A stretch of 64,000 nt of DNA from the human T2T-CHM13v2.0 reference genome, Homo sapiens. The position numbers were made by a program, and so were the translations under genes. Numbering within the stretch: the stretch's first letter is position 1; each line of letters begins with the position of its first letter. The stretch is taken from the NCBI RefSeq assembly GCF_009914755.1, contig NC_060946.1; one strand, given 5' to 3'. Shown here one piece after another: positions 1 through 16,757 of the stretch. The notes below the pieces were generated by a model, which worked only from the letters and a program-made list of their open reading frames with translations, made no database searches and was not told the DNA's origin.

Positions 1-1574
1 CTTTTGATATTCACTTTAAGGAGATAATTTACGGGCAACCAGGGAGCATAAACCAAAGTAGATGTCTATCTAGATATATAGATACATCTCCATATCATTG
101 ACAAGATACCTTCTGGCCTAGTGTGAGTACAACCTATGGGTGTGGTTGGAGAGAACATGTGTTCCACCTGAATGGCAGATCAAGATTATTCCTTCTCATC
201 TGCTGCAATGGCTCAGTGTGTTAAGGAGAGGAGCGAGACAGCAAGAACTGCATTCACTCAGTCATACAGACCAAAAGGAGGAATGTCTGCCAGCCCTCTT
301 AACTGACCCAGAACCCAGCTCATGTCTCAACTGCTACCTCTACTATTTAGAAAGAAGTAACTCCGCCAAATCAGGGTTCTGGACAAATATATTTTTATTG
401 ATCACATACAAATAGATGAAGATGGACTTGGATGTTAAGAAAAATCATACTATACAAAATCGAGAGTAGACAGTCACTCCTAGACTTAAATTAAGAGTGT
501 GTACATTAGATAATTTAATCCAGTGTATCAGGTAAAAACTTGAACAAACCTTTTGGCCTCTTCCATACAATTCAGGGAAGCATGTCCTCCACAAAACAGT
601 ATCAAAATATAAATAAAAGACTGGCTTAAGATGAAAGGAAACCTTATGAATGAAAAGAAGCCAGATGAGAGGCACTTAACTGAGAATGAAAAGAAACTGA
701 GTGGACAAAATAATTATGAGAAGATGAACCTTCAAATCAGAAAGAGGGAAAAAAGCTTAATTCCAGGAGTAAAGAAAAGTAGCATAGCTAAATTAAGAGC
801 ATGAGAAAATGTTTTCAATTTTGAGTAATAAGAACAGAAATCAAAAGTAACTATTGTATGTTATATTTTAGTAGAGCAACACTGAAGAAGGATGAAAACA
901 AGAAATAATATTAAATATGAACATATGGAGAACAGAATAATATTTTTAAAATTTTGAGTTTCTAAGTCTACCTGAAAATTTAATTTTGGTTTCTTATGTA
1001 ATACCAAAGTTATTAGGAAGTTATTAGCTAATAGCACTATTTTCAGTGATATTTTAAGTATTTGTCCTAGAAAAATTTCTATTTTTTAAAAATGTATATT
1101 TAAAAATACATTAAATGTGTATATATATCAATCGTATGTATCGATTTCTGTTTTTTTTGAATTGCAAATGAAATCTGTATTTTTGTGTTCCTGGAAAAAA
1201 ATAAACTTGACTGGATCGTAATATATTATTCATGCTGTAATTCAATGTATTTGAATACTTTAAGAATGTTACATTTATAGTTAACAGACATTGACCTATA
1301 AATTTTCTTTCATATAATGATGCTGTGAGACAATCTAAGAAGAATTAAAATTTAAATTCATGTATTCCTACTTTTTCCTCTGTTCTCTAACTGTAATATA
1401 TTTTAATTACAGATGGAGGCACAGATAGATGTTAGATAAATAGGTATACAATAGATCATCCAAAATTCTTATTCTTATGGTTTTATGCAGTCAGTATTTA
1501 CCTCTATTTTTCTACATGTTTATCCTTCCAATTTAGTTCATTACTTCCTGCACCTTTGATGTCATATATATAAA

Positions 1575-2310
1575 CAGCAAATAACACATGGTGGTCGGGA
1601 TGTAGAGAGAGCCACAAGACTTGTGAATAAAATCCACAGGCAAGCATGTGGCGATTCCTTTTGCAGTTTTGGAGGGAATGCCAAACCCTATGTTTGCTGT
1701 GGAAAAGAGTATGGTAGTTCCTCAAAACATCAAAATGATATTGCCATATGACTCAGCAGCGCCACATCTCAGGATAGCAAAAGAATTGAAAGCAGAGTCT
1801 TGAAAAAATATTTGCACATCCATGTTTGCAGCAGCATTATTGGCAATAGCTAAAACGTAGAAGCAAGTGAAGTGTCCAACAACAGATGAATGGATAAGCA
1901 CAATATGATATATACATACAATGGAATATTATTCAGCCTTAAACATGAGGGAAATATTCTGACATATGTTGCAACTTGGATGAAACTTGAGGATATTACA
2001 CCAAGTGAAATAAGTTAGTCAGTGAAGGAAAATTCAGTATAATTCCATTTGTATAAGGGACTTAAAGTGGACAGAATCACAGAGATAGTACAATGATGGT
2101 TGCCAGAAGCTGGGGGGAGGAAGAAATGGGAAGTATTGTTTAATGGGTATAGAGTTTCAGTTTCACAAGATGAAACGAGTTATGGAGATGGATGGTAGGG
2201 ATGGCTGCACAATGTTATGACTGTATTTAGTACCACTGAACTGTACACTTAAAATGGTTAACAGAGTACATTTTATGTTATGTGTATTTTATCACAATAA
2301 AAAAATAAAA
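1575..2310 (+). mobile_element. Old L1 (L1MA/L1MB-type) ORF2 end and 3' UTR
   Basis: Degenerate L1 motifs (caacagatgaatggataag, atggaatattattcagcctt, actgaactgtacacttaaaatggttaa) ending in aataaaaaaataaaa. Confidence 0.8.
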
Positions 2311-4019
2311 TACCTTAGGAACATTTTCATGAAAGAGTCCACATAAAATTCATTTTAATGCATGTGTTTATGCATAGCTTTCTATTTTTCTCTTTTCTAT
2401 TTATATTCCAAATTATAATGCTAATCAAGCATAGTGGCTGTGTTTCTTGCTTCCTGTAGTCTGCAGGTAGCATACAAATGTAATAAACTACTTATTCATG
2501 TCACATCTATTTATTTTCTGCCTTATATCAAGCTTGTGGGATTCTCTTAAATACAACATTTTTATACTTACACCTAGGCAATACCCATTAGCATCGCCTT
2601 CCTAAATCAGGGGAAATTGAGCCTCTGTAAGGTGGAGTAACTTCCTAAGATACAAAACTCAGCATTAAAGTCTGTATACTTCAATATCCTGCCCCCTTCT
2701 CATTTGTCTTTACTGCCTTTTATGTATGTGTTAGATGTTCAATAAATTCTCTTTTTTAAACTGAATTTAAGCCTTGGAGCAGTGTTTTGTTGAACAATAA
2801 ATATGATATAAGACATTCTTCCTCCCTTTCAATTATGATGCACTTCATGAAAAAGAGAAATTCTTTCATTGTACTAGAAGCTTAAAGTAATGAAAATGCC
2901 ACGTTCTACATTAAACAGAAACTGAAGGGAATCAAGGTGAATTGCATGAGACGTAGAAAACAAGTGGGAAAAAATCTAGTATAATTTGCCCTTTGTGTGC
3001 CTTTATTATTTAGCGTTTGAGTAAATGTTTCCCCCAAATATCTTCCCATCTTAATTCATGTGTATAAAGTAGACATTTATGTCTCACCTTGTCAAGAAGG
3101 GCAAACTCTAACATAAATATTTCCCAAAAAATGCTTCCTGCTAAAACGTAAGCTCAGTCTGTCTAGAAATTAAGCTCACTTCATAAAGATTAATTGGTAG
3201 CTAATCTTTGCATCCTGTTCTCTGAACTTGAGTGAAAGCTGTCCATCAGGCATACAGGGAATGATGGAAAAAGTGACAACAGAAGATGAATGCTATGTCA
3301 CTAACCTTCAAATATGACTTCCTTGTCTTTTAAATTCTTGATATCTTAAGACTTCATTAATTCATCTCTCTTTGCCCTTGGTTCAACATTGTGCTATACC
3401 AAAACTCATGTAAAACAATGATCTAAGGTAATAAAAATGGCATTTTTCTTTCATGTAGATGCAAGCTAACTGGCATTTTTACAATCAACATATTTCCTTT
3501 GTCAATTTTTGATTCTGTATTGGAAGTAATTGATAGGTATTTCTGAAGGGAAGAGGGTGTTTCTGTGTTCATTGTGAGCCAAACTGTTTTTAGACCTAGT
3601 GGCGTTTGTAAAACAATTTGTGCCAGCTGACCAAGGACCACTGTGGCAGAAAGCAGCCAACTTGCATAAGATGTCACTGCCTCATAAGTTGGCTTTGAAA
3701 ACTAGGGGCTTACTCTATAGTCATATGAATCAAAGACATTGATAGATGTAGTATAAGATTACAATCATATTTTCCTTTTGACAGTCACATTATAAAGCAT
3801 GATGTATTGCAATTAATCTCAATTAGCTGATCACAATTAAAATTAACAATGTTTATTATTGCTGATAAACAATCATGACTCTCCTGTTCTCAAATGTGCA
3901 AGTAATTCTTGTAATTTTAATACAAATTTGCATATTATTACTAATTGATTTAATCTCATTGGATTTGGTTCATGGGCCCAATTTATTAAAATATTGATAA
4001 TGGGATAATGATTTGTCTC

Positions 4020-4360
4020 CCCATTTCATTTACACTGAAAGCCACAATTCTTACAATGGTCCGCAAGCCCATCATTATCTGCCACATGTTAACCGCCCAA
4101 ATTCTTTTATATCTTCACCCTTCATCTTACCAGTGTTCCTGGCCACCTCACTGTCCTCTAGACATGCCAACAAGCTGCTGTCTTATGACGAAGACTAGTT
4201 AATTTCTTGGCTTGGAAAGATAGCCCTCCATATATCCATTGATCAGCTCATTCAACTTCCTCAAGTCTTTACTGAAACCTCACATTCTCAATGAGACCTA
4301 TTCAGTATTTCAAACTGCCTCCCAGTTGCAACATTCCAAAACCCATTACTCTTCTGTGTA
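4020..4360 (+). mobile_element. L2 fragment
   Basis: Degenerate L2 3' region motifs (ttcctcaagtctttactgaaacctcacattctcaatgagacc). Confidence 0.5.
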
Positions 4361-4370
4361 TTTTTGAAAG

Positions 4371-6900
4371 GATTTATTGAGATATAATTTACATAGAGTG
4401 CACACGTTAATGTCTACAAGTCAATGGCTTTTCGTATATGCACAGATAAGTGGAACCATCATCACAATAAATTTTAGAGCATTTTCATCACTTCAAAAAG
4501 AAACACCACCTTCTCTAGCTGTTTACCTCCTATGCACCCATCCCCTCCTCAATTCTAAGCAACCACAAATCTGTTTTCTATCTCTATAGATTTTCCTATT
4601 CTATTTTCATCTAAATAGAATCATACAATAGGTGGCCTTTTGTGCCTGGCTTCTTTCAGTTGGCATAATGCTATCAAGGTTCATATACGTATTGGTACTT
4701 TATTTCTTTTTATAACTGTATAATATTCAATTTAACGGATATAAAATTTTGTTTATCCAATAATATTTTTATTGACATTTGAGTTGTGTTCAGTTTTTGG
4801 CTATTTTAAATACTGCTGCTAAAAATACTTGTGTACAATTTGTGTCTGAACACCTCTTTCCAATAATCTGGGTGTATACCTAGGAATAAATTTCTGGGTC
4901 ATATGACAATTCTATGTTTAATATATTTAGAAGCCATCAAAGTATTTTCCAAAGTGGCCAATTCTAGCCATAGAGTGTCTAACTGTGGTTTTGATTTGTA
5001 GTTGCCTGATGAGTGATGCCATTGAGTACGGTTTTATGGGATTATTGACCGTTCGTGTATCTTCTTGGGAAACACATCTATTCCTATCATTTATCAGTTT
5101 TGAGTTGGGATATTTGTTACTGAGTTAAAACAATTTTTCTATATTCAAGATACATATATATACAGACATATAGATACGTATTTTTCAAATATCTTCTCAC
5201 AATTTTTGAGCTGCCTTTTGACTTGCTTGGTTGTCCTTTGAAACACCAATGTCTTTAATTTTTAAGAAATTTTAAATATCTAATTTTTATTTTGTTGCTC
5301 ATGTTTTTGGTGTTACAGTTATTTCTTTGCTAGATCCAAAATCGTGAAGATTTTCCCATATGCTTTATTCTAGCTCTTGCATGTATGTATTTAATTCATT
5401 TGAGTTAATATTTTTGTATGCTTTGGAGTAAGGGTTCCAATTTATTATTTTGCAAGTGGTGATCCACGTGTACGTTGTTGACCCAGTTTGTTCAAAGACT
5501 GTCTCTTCCTCATTGAATTGCACATGGCACCACTGTAAGAATCCATTGACTATAGATACATAGTTTCATATATGGACTCTCAATTCTCTTCCTTCAATCT
5601 ATATATTTTTCCTTCATCAGTATTGTGTTGTCTTGATTACTGATGCTTTGCCGTAAGGTTTGGAGCACGGAGGTGTGAATTATCCTAACACGTTTTCTTT
5701 TTTCAAGACTATTTTGGCTGTTTTGAGTCCCTTACAATTCCATGTGTATTTTGGAATCACCTTGTCAGTTTCTAGACAGAAGTCTGTTGGGATACTTGTA
5801 CGGATTTCATCAAATCTGTAGTTCAAATTGTAAAGTACTACAATATTAAATCTTCCAATTCGTGGGTGTAAGATGTTTGCTAATTATTTAGATCTTCTTT
5901 AAACAATAATTTTTAATTTTCAGAGTAAAATCTTGTCTCATATTTTCCAAATTAATTATTATTTCTTTTTTATGCTGTTGTAAATTGAAATGTTTTCTTA
6001 ATTTCATTTTGGGGTTTTCATTGTAGATGTGTGCAATTGGTTTTTGTATATTTACCTTGTATGCTGTAATATTGCTGAAATAATTTACTAGTTCTATTGT
6101 TTGGTGGATTCCCTAAAATTTTCTATATACAAGAATGTTATTTGCAAATAAAGTTTCATTTCTTCCTGTTCAATATAAGTGACTCTTATTTCTTTACTTG
6201 CCGATTAGCCCTACATAAAATCTTTAGTACAGTGTTGACTAGAAGAGGTCAAAGTATTTATCTTATTCTTATCTCAGACCATTGCGGGAAAGTATCCTTT
6301 CTTTCACCACTAAGTTGAATGTTTGTTGTTGGCTTTTCACAGGTGCCATGTATCTGGTGTAGAAAGTTCTCTATTCCTGGTTCATTGAGTTTTTATTTTT
6401 ATTTGTAATCATTAAAGCATTTGGATTTTCTTAAATGTCTTTTCTGAATCTATCGAGGTGATCACGCAATTCTTGTTTCTTATTCTATGGATAAGATGTA
6501 TTATCTTAGCGGGTTTTAGGCTGTTAAACCAACCTGGGATGACTAGTATTAATTTCACTTTGTCATAGTGTATAATTCTTTTATATGTTGCTACATTTGA
6601 TTTGTTAGTATTTTTAAAGGAATTTTGCATTTATACTTATAGTAGTTTTATTTTTCTATGGTATTTGGACTAAATTTCGTATCAAGGTAACACTGGCCCC
6701 ACAGAATAAATTGGGAAGTGAATATTTCTCTATTTAAAAAAAGTTAGTCAAGAATTGATATCAATTAGTCAATACCAACAAATATGATCAATATTATAAA
6801 TTATTAATTTCTCTAATTTTTATTTTCTTCCTTCTGCTTGCTTTAGGTTTAGTTTGCTATTTTTTCCAGTACCTTAATGTGGAAGGTCATCTTATCTCAT
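4371..6900 (-). mobile_element. Old L1 (L1MB-type) 3' UTR and ORF2 remnants
   Basis: Starts with antisense L1M 3' end (tttattgagatataatttacata). Minus-strand ORF 6412-6630 resembles ORF2 RT region (KRIIHYDKVKLILVIPGWFN...SIDSEKTFKKIQ, cf. [20 protein letters not shown]...SIDAEKAFDKIQ). Confidence 0.8.
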
Positions 6901-6942
6901 CCTTTCATTTGTCTTTTCATTTTCAAACTAGTGTCTTTTTAG

Positions 6943-7260
6943 CATCAGGTGAGCTCCCCAGGTTGGTAGTACTCCATGTTTATTGCTGTACAACAGTGAC
7001 AGGTAGTACGTCCTGAAGACAATGGAAACTTAACATTCAAAATCCTCCTAGGTTCCACCTTATGTGATATGTCTCTTCCTTTGGTCCTAATTTCTACCCT
7101 TTCTCTATTATAAACCATGAGTACAATGGCATTCAATGAGTTCTGTGAGTCTTTCTAGTAAATTCTTGAAACTGAGGGTGTTCTGGGGAAACCCCTGAAC
7201 TTGCAGTTGGTGTCAAAAGTGAGAATCGTCGTATATGGCCTCTTCCTTTGAACTTTGCAG
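6943..7260 (+). mobile_element. ERV LTR fragment, MER21-like
   Basis: gagttctgtgagtctttctagtaaattcttgaaactgagggtgttctggggaaacccctgaacttgcagttggtgtcaaaagtgag resembles the MER21 3' region. Confidence 0.6.
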
Positions 7261-7843
7261 CTGGACCCAAACTTTGCACAATTTGGGCCAGAAGTCTCGT
7301 GTTGACTTTGCAGCCTAAATTATCTTGTAGTTTGTCTAACCCTTAATAAATTTGCTTTCATCAAATATTGTATTTGTTACCCCAAAATTACCATCATTTT
7401 TTTTCTCCAAATAACTAACACTGGGAGAAATAGCCAGCTGAATCTGTAACTCAACAGAAACAAGTGATCCATATACCATATAAGTGGCCATTTCATTTTG
7501 CCTCCTTCCACCAAATCTTAGCAACCTCAACCATTACCATGAGCCACTGTAGGCCTACCGGCTACAAACAAACAAGTGTCTTTTAAAAACACTTCACACT
7601 CCCATTTGATAAATTTCCCAGCAAAGAGATGCTTACTTTAACTCTATGCAAGTGGGTCATATTCGCAAAGTCTGGAGATATTATTCATGTAGTGTGAGAA
7701 AATCATCCCAGTGATGCCGGCACATTCTCCTTCCCATGATCTGCTTAGTTTGCAAACATGTTCAGGCCATAGGTGAGAGATTTGTATTTCACAGTACAAC
7801 AATTTTATGGAGGGCATTGAAACTTAGATTGAGCATTTTAGTA

Positions 7844-8184
7844 CAGTCACACATCACTGAATGTTAGGGATCCGTTCTAACAGATGCATCCATAGGCAAT
7901 TTCGTCGTTTTGTAAACATCACAGAGAATATTACAAACACTTAGATTGTACAGCCTACCACGTCTAGGTTATATGGTAGAGCCTCTCTCTCCTAGGCTAC
8001 AAACCTGTGTACTACATTACCGTACTGAATACTGCAGGCAATAAGAACACAGTGATAAGAGTTTATGTATGTAAACATACTTAAACATAGAAAAGTATGT
8101 AAAAATATGTATTATAATCTCATGGACCACTTTTGTATATGTAATCCATCTTTGGCAGAAATGTTATTATGCATTACATGACTC
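7844..8184. mobile_element. Tigger3a/MER7-type TcMar MITE
   Basis: TA-flanked, degenerate TIRs cagtca...tgactc, internal ctcctaggctacaaacctgt...tactgaatactg motif. Confidence 0.8.
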
Positions 8185-9672
8185 TATGACAAAAATAAAA
8201 TAACACATTGTAAAAAATGTACACATGTACCAAACATATTAATATTATAAAAATAAACATATTCAGTGTAAGAATTTGTAGTGATCACAAAATATTCACA
8301 GCTCATATTTTAGTACAGTTGCAAAAGCCTAGTGCAATTACTATTTATTTCTGTGTGTATATTAAACATGTATATAATAAATATTTTTCAGGTTCAACAA
8401 TATATATCAATCCTACTGGCTCTTATAAATATTAGTTAAAATCAATTAGTAAATTCATGTATATATACACACACATGTGTATCAGTGAGTGTGTGTGCAT
8501 GTATGGGTGTGAATGTAATTGTAGGTGTGTGTAAATGTAATTGGATGCATCCTAATATTTATCCTTACCTACAAGATTTCCAGGATTCATTTATTATCTT
8601 TAGATGATGTGCATTTAAAGATTTACCAAATAAAACTCTAATCGTGGAAAATCTCAAGATGTTATTAAATTCACATTGTGCACATAATTGTTTCTTTAAA
8701 TTTATGTTTCTTGCAAAACCTGCATTAACGCTCACGCACAAAATAATTTTCTAAATAAAAAATGAAAACATTTTCTCGGTCATTAATTCTTAATAATTAT
8801 TTCTCTCCAATAATTAATGTGAATTGATTCTTAATTCTTAACTATCGAATAACGTTGCCCTTCAGAGTTCTGAAACTTTTGCATGTTGTATACATTTCAC
8901 TAACTAGAACAACTTCTGGAATATTGGCATTAATTAATGTCACTCAGCAATTATTGATTTCAAAGAAATTAAATACCTGAATCACAAGGGTATTTTGGCA
9001 TCTAATTTAATCAAGCTCTTTGTATCATCATCTACACGTTAATTACTTAACAAACATTTCTCTGTGTGAGAAAGATTGAGCAGGTTATTGTGCTTTGTTA
9101 ATATGCAACTTTTGCTTAACCTAGAGATAGGCAATGCTCCCTGTAAGGGACAAAGAGAAAAATGAATGAGCAATAGAGATGTGACAGGCATGGAAAAAGA
9201 CAATACATTTATAAAACAAATAGGGCCACAGATGACGATAATGGGGATAAATCTTGAGATACTGACTCAGTTTACAACCGCACTGTATAATAGAGCAAAT
9301 CATTTGTTAATTTTTTTACAAATGGAATTTAATTTAATTAAGATGAATACAGTATTTTAAACAAGGCTGGTCATCTTAAAATAAAATAGTGGAATAAAGT
9401 AATAAAACCAATGTAAAAATCATAAACATTTTATAAAGAATTTTTTCAGGTAATTTAATATTTTTGTTTATTTAAAATCACCCTAATTAAAATAATATCT
9501 TAATTAACAAGTAATCATCAGAAGTTTAACTAATTTTTACTTTATAATACTAGGTTTAAAAATTCTTAACTATATTTTTAAGCATATATGCTTATATATA
9601 AAATAGACATAGGATATATATTTACATGTTCACAATATTATATTGTAATTGTTCCTATGCATGTGGTTTTTC

Positions 9673-10973
<1,301 letters not shown>

Positions 10974-12240
10974 TAGAATTAATAAGTACTTTTAAAAGGT
11001 TTCAATTTCAATGATATATATGCTTGATTTTTCTTTGACAAAGCATACATATATTGATAGGTAATAGTATGAAAATCTTCTAAAGACATTACAGGAACAT
11101 GAAAATGTAATTAAATACTCAATAATTTGTAATGTTTTATGTAAGCAGAACACATTTAACTGAAAATTGCTTTTATGTAATACTCAAACGAGACTAAAAA
11201 CATTTTAACTAGCGGAGTAAGTCTTGAAATTGATAATCTGAACTACATAAGAGTAGAAACTTCAGGCACTCAAATATTTGAAATGCTACAAAATACTTAT
11301 ATAAACTAATATTTAAAAATTTCTGTTTGTAGAGTGCTACACAGTAATCAATATAAATGACACCTTAAGTCTTTCTCTAGCTTTGACCACATTTACTTCC
11401 TAATTTTAATTATTAATATGTTGGAGCAGTACATACAAGAGTCCGATCTTCCTTTTTAATGAGTAAAAATATATCCTTTGAGACAGCATTAAAGAAAGAG
11501 CACCTTGTATAAATTCAATGCAAAGAGACAAGATATTCTTGATTCTGAAGTCTTGTTCTTTGATACAGCAATGTAATTAATAATAAGAAGAAAAGCAGGA
11601 CATAGATGTGGAGTCTATTTTAATCAAAAATTGTCTATAGATTTTGATGATAAAATTTAAAAATCTACTGTATTTAGTTAGTTACAAAAAACTAGGTTAT
11701 GGGAATATATTTGATCAATAAAACACCCCTACCAAATGCTGACAAGAAAAAAAGTTAGGTACCACCTTTCTTCTCTGCAGATGGCCTGAGATGGGTTAAT
11801 TTGAAGGAATGCTTCCAAACCTGAGGTGACCCCTGAGAACAGCATAATCCACTGCTGTCTCTTACATTCAGTTTCTCAGTCTGTGCTCTTTTAATTTTGG
11901 GGGGAGGGAAGCCAGTCCTTTACCCGATCTTCAGCATGATGGCAGAGCCAAGGATTGCGGACAGGTGGCAAGGTGTCTGACTTTGTTCCAGCAGCCACTT
12001 GGGCTTTCTCTGTGTCTTCTGTGCACTAGGGATAGCACCACTATTGAAAACATGTCTTTGTGACATTCTCTATGCCAGGAACTCCCAACACATTTTCCTT
12101 GAAACTGATGAAATGAATAAAAATAAACCAAGAGGTGTGCTGTTTTTTCTGTTTCCTCCTTTCTGCAGCCCTTCTTGATCATCTAATATTTTTAAATACA
12201 TTGTCGATCACCAAAAGGAGCATAAGGGCTTTATTGATTT

Positions 12241-12640
12241 GTAGTAGATGTATTAATAGCCCAGCCGCTATTCCTTACCTGTAGCTGCTGGGAAGAAAAC
12301 CATTCTTAACACTCTACAAGGTCTCATCTCCAGAATTTGCACCTGTTTCTAGCTGAGGACTTTCTCTAGCAGCACGGGAGCTTGTGACTGGGCATGAAGT
12401 GGGAAGAAAAGTGGGGGTAACTAAGAAGAATCTCCCTGGATTCAGTGATGTAATTCTGAGGCATGTTCCACATAGCTTCCCAGAGAATTAAGCCCAGATA
12501 TCTAACACAGGAACTTGCCTCTTAACAAGTGTGGTATTGGCTTTTCTATCTTTCCTGTTTTAGTTTGTTCCCTCTTCCTTGTCTCACTTTCGCTGTGTCC
12601 TCACTCCTGCTTTAAGAATACTCAAACAAATACATTCATT
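12241..12640 (+). mobile_element. ERVL LTR16-like solo LTR
   Basis: tgtagtagatg start and taattctgaggcatgttccaca...ttggcttttctatctttcctg motifs. Confidence 0.5.
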
Positions 12641-15600
12641 TTTTTTTAGACTCTCAGAACACAGTTGATAGTTGAACTTGTAATCTATGATAATCAGCTT
12701 GGATGCTATACTGACAGGAAGATGGTGAACTCACCATGTCTAATTAAGATAAAATATAAAAATATATTGATTCATGTCCAAAGATTTAGAAAACCTAAGC
12801 GGCAGTGTCACAATTTCCTCTTTTTAGTTTACATGGTTTCTTAAACGCCTAGAAATATTTTAAAGGAAGCCTTGAGTCTAGGAAAAATTGAGACATATGG
12901 AATAAATTACTAACACATTTCTCCTTGAAATCCATTAGATGCTTGATGATTTTTCACATATATTTCTGAATTGAAAAGCTAGTTGTGAATTACTTTTATC
13001 AGCATATCCTTATGTAATATTTTGTTTTTAACAGTGAATTGAAGCTTTAAAGATTAAATTATTCTATCCAGAGAATAAAAAGCAATTATTTCATAAGGAG
13101 AACATGTGTATGTTGACACGACATTTTAAAATCTAGATTTTAAAACAGGTCCTATATACTTTTGAGTCAATTAGAATATGTTTGTATCAGTCTGTCTACA
13201 GTTTTAAACCTGTCAAAACGTACTTGAACTACAACAAGTACCTTGAACACTTTTGAAATTTATTATTCCTCTTAAACTGATTAAAAGAATTATGGTAGAG
13301 TGAAATTCTGATTGACATAATTTGGGAGAGAAATTATTCCTTGGAGATCAACCTCTGCCAAGATAGTTTATAACAACATTGAGACTTTTTGATTTACAAA
13401 ATTTGTTATATAAAAAGTACTAAGACGATGACAGATAATACACAGACTTTAATTAAAATTGTACTAAAATTAAATGTCTAAATAAATTAGAAGGGTACGT
13501 GGTATATCTAACTGTATGTTTACATATCTTAATTGTTCATTTTATTCCTAGGGTTGCTTTTGCTTTAGTTTGTAAAACGCTCTTATTTTTATGATAATGT
13601 AGTATATACTAAATAAAGAAAAATCAGGAAGTAGAAAATGAAGAAGAAAACATTAACTATTGTCAACCAAATAAAAATTGTGCAATCTCTAAGTACATGA
13701 ACTATGTATTATTTGTACAGCATGTACAATGTTTATGCTTCACAGGGTGAGGTAGATACTGCAAAACATTGAACCTGGGACAAATAAGAAAGTAAGGAAA
13801 TTTTCTCAACATATTAATATTATAGAAAATGTTGAACATAACAGTTAAGATACAAGTAATGAAAAGTGACAGTATTTAAGGAGATCTAGAGAATTTAATC
13901 TATATCTGTAATGTGAGAGAAGTATTAGAATAATGCTTGTATTTCTGGATTGGCATCGATTTCTATTGAGACTGGAAACATAATAGAAGTGAGGGAAAAA
14001 TAATTTAAATTGTGGATACTTGAGTTTTATACCTAGGAGTTCGAGAAATACATCTTGTGACTATCAAAGCAGTTGGCACAAGAGTGTACAAAATTCCCTA
14101 ATTGTGCCTATGTGGAGAAGACATAGACAAACAGAGAATAGCAAAACAGAAATAGCAAAAAAGCACAAATAAATTTTACCTGTATTTTTACGTAAAAGCC
14201 AATTAGAGTAGGAAAACATGAAATTTGTGTTTTATCAAAATTTTTCCCTTTCTCATAATATAGTTGATTATATTACTGGAAAAAAATTGAAGCATTAGTA
14301 TGTTCACAAAAAAAAGTAAAATATAAGGTGAAAACCATGGGAATGCAGGAAGCAGACAAAATATACCTAAACACCGAAACTGATTTTGCCCTATGGACAT
14401 GTACCAAAATGAATGAGTGCAGTTTCCTACTGTCATACATCACATAAGACAGTAAAGAAATACATAGTTTTTCCCAACGTAAGGCATCATACAGGAGCTC
14501 CTCCCTAAAGCTAGAACCAAAATTTCTATCCTCAGTATAAAGAAGAATCAGAGGTATATTAGTCCCATTTCACATTCCCTGGAAACGGGAAATAAAAATG
14601 ACTTGAGATTGGACAGATTTAAAGAAACTCAATCATTAATGATTTACAGCAATTAATTTAAAAATTGTTTAAATGTGCAGTCCAAACATACGTCCAAACA
14701 CCTTTAGGACAAGAATTAACATAATGTGGTCCCAGAATGGTGGTGCCTTTAGAAGACTCACAACAAATTCAAATTCTCTTTGGCAAATTTTCTTCCTACT
14801 AATCCTCAAAAGTGCACAAAAATAATTTTCAGAGAAAAATAAATATTTGTCATTCAAAGGCATCTAAGTACGCAAGGAAATGATATTCCACCATTTGAAA
14901 GGGAAGTAGAAAAAGAGTACAAACAGATCCACAACGGTTCATTACTAGAAATATCACTGTTAGATTATAAAGCACATTTGCTGTAAAAAAATTTAAAATA
15001 AAATGAATATATTTTTAGGAGACTAAAAAATTGATGTAGCAAATTTGAAAAGCAGTTTGTATAAAAATATTGTATTTTAAATTAAAAACTCAAAAATGAA
15101 CTCATCAGATTAGACATGGCCATGGTGAGAGTTCATAAATATTTCAGAATGCATTACAGAAAATTTAAAAAAATGCACAATGTGGACAGAATCATGAAGA
15201 GACATGGAAGATACAGTGAGAAAGTGTAGCATGTGTTTAGTGAGTGTTCTCATAGAAGAAGGCAACTGGGAAGGGACAATATGTGATGGTATTTTGGCTG
15301 AAAGTTCTCTAGACTTTTGTAAGACATTAATCCGCATGTTCAAAAATTCCATGCATGCTAAGCAAGCTACAATGGAGATAAACCTACACCTACGTATCTC
15401 TTAGAGAAATAGTAAACAATCAGGAAGGGAAAAATATTTCAATTAGCACTAGAATAATCAAATTACCTTTAATCATATTGAAATCTGAAAGAATGAAAGG
15501 TAAAATAAACAATATTATTTGTTAAGAATAATAATGCCATTCTGAAATTCTCAACCAAGAAAAATATTCATCAACCTATGGCTAAATAACTTATTTAGAG

Positions 15601-15881
15601 ACAAGAAACAAAACGCCACCAGCAGAATTCCACTAAAGAAACTAAAGAGAAACTCTGAAAACATGCTTCAGAAAGGTTGAAGTTCTGAAATCAAAGAATG
15701 AACACAGAGCAAAATATATTGTAAACATACAGATAGATCTAAATAAAAAATTAGGTGTTGAAACAAAAAGATATTTAAAATTAGATAGGCACGGAAATAT
15801 GTATGTTAGGAAGCAACTTATTAGGGCTGAAGTATTCAAAGACCCCTTAATTGTCTGACAAGAGCAGAAAGGTGAGTATGA

Positions 15882-16197
<316 letters not shown>

Positions 16198-16695
16198 GAC
16201 TTTGAAACTGTAATAAATTCACTGGACATTATGCATTTCTCTGTTGTTCTATGAAAACAATAAAAATAAAAGTCATAATTTAAAAACAAGAAGACAGACC
16301 CTGATAGGAAAAAATGAGGCATTTTATATATATATATATAACAAATTAATAAAACAAATTAAGTATAAATGATCAAAAATTAACTTAAACCTAAGTAGAC
16401 AATGTTTTTGTTAAAATACAAAGATTGGCAAAATTAAAAAATTCCGTCTCTATCATAGTTACGAGAGGCAACTAATATATAAATTTTCAGAAACTTTGAA
16501 GTTCAAACAATACAGATCGTGTGTGTATATATGATACTCATGCAAACATACTACATGAATATAATTTTTTAAAAAGTTGCTATGTAGACAAAATAGAATG
16601 TAAGTTAGAAACATTTATTAAAATAAGTTGTCTAACCAGTGTAATAAAAGTTTTAAGTTATTAAGATGTGATCACTTAAATGTGCATTAGCCTGA

Positions 16696-16757
16696 TACAT
16701 ATATACATATATATACACACACACCACACACTCTCTCACACACACACACACAAACAC
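16696..16757. repeat. (TA)n/(CA)n microsatellite
   Basis: Directly visible interrupted dinucleotide run. Confidence 0.85.

Noticed and set aside
11761-12020. Possible exon after cctttcttctctgcag
   Set aside because: An acceptor-like motif only, with no recognisable protein similarity or supported donor.
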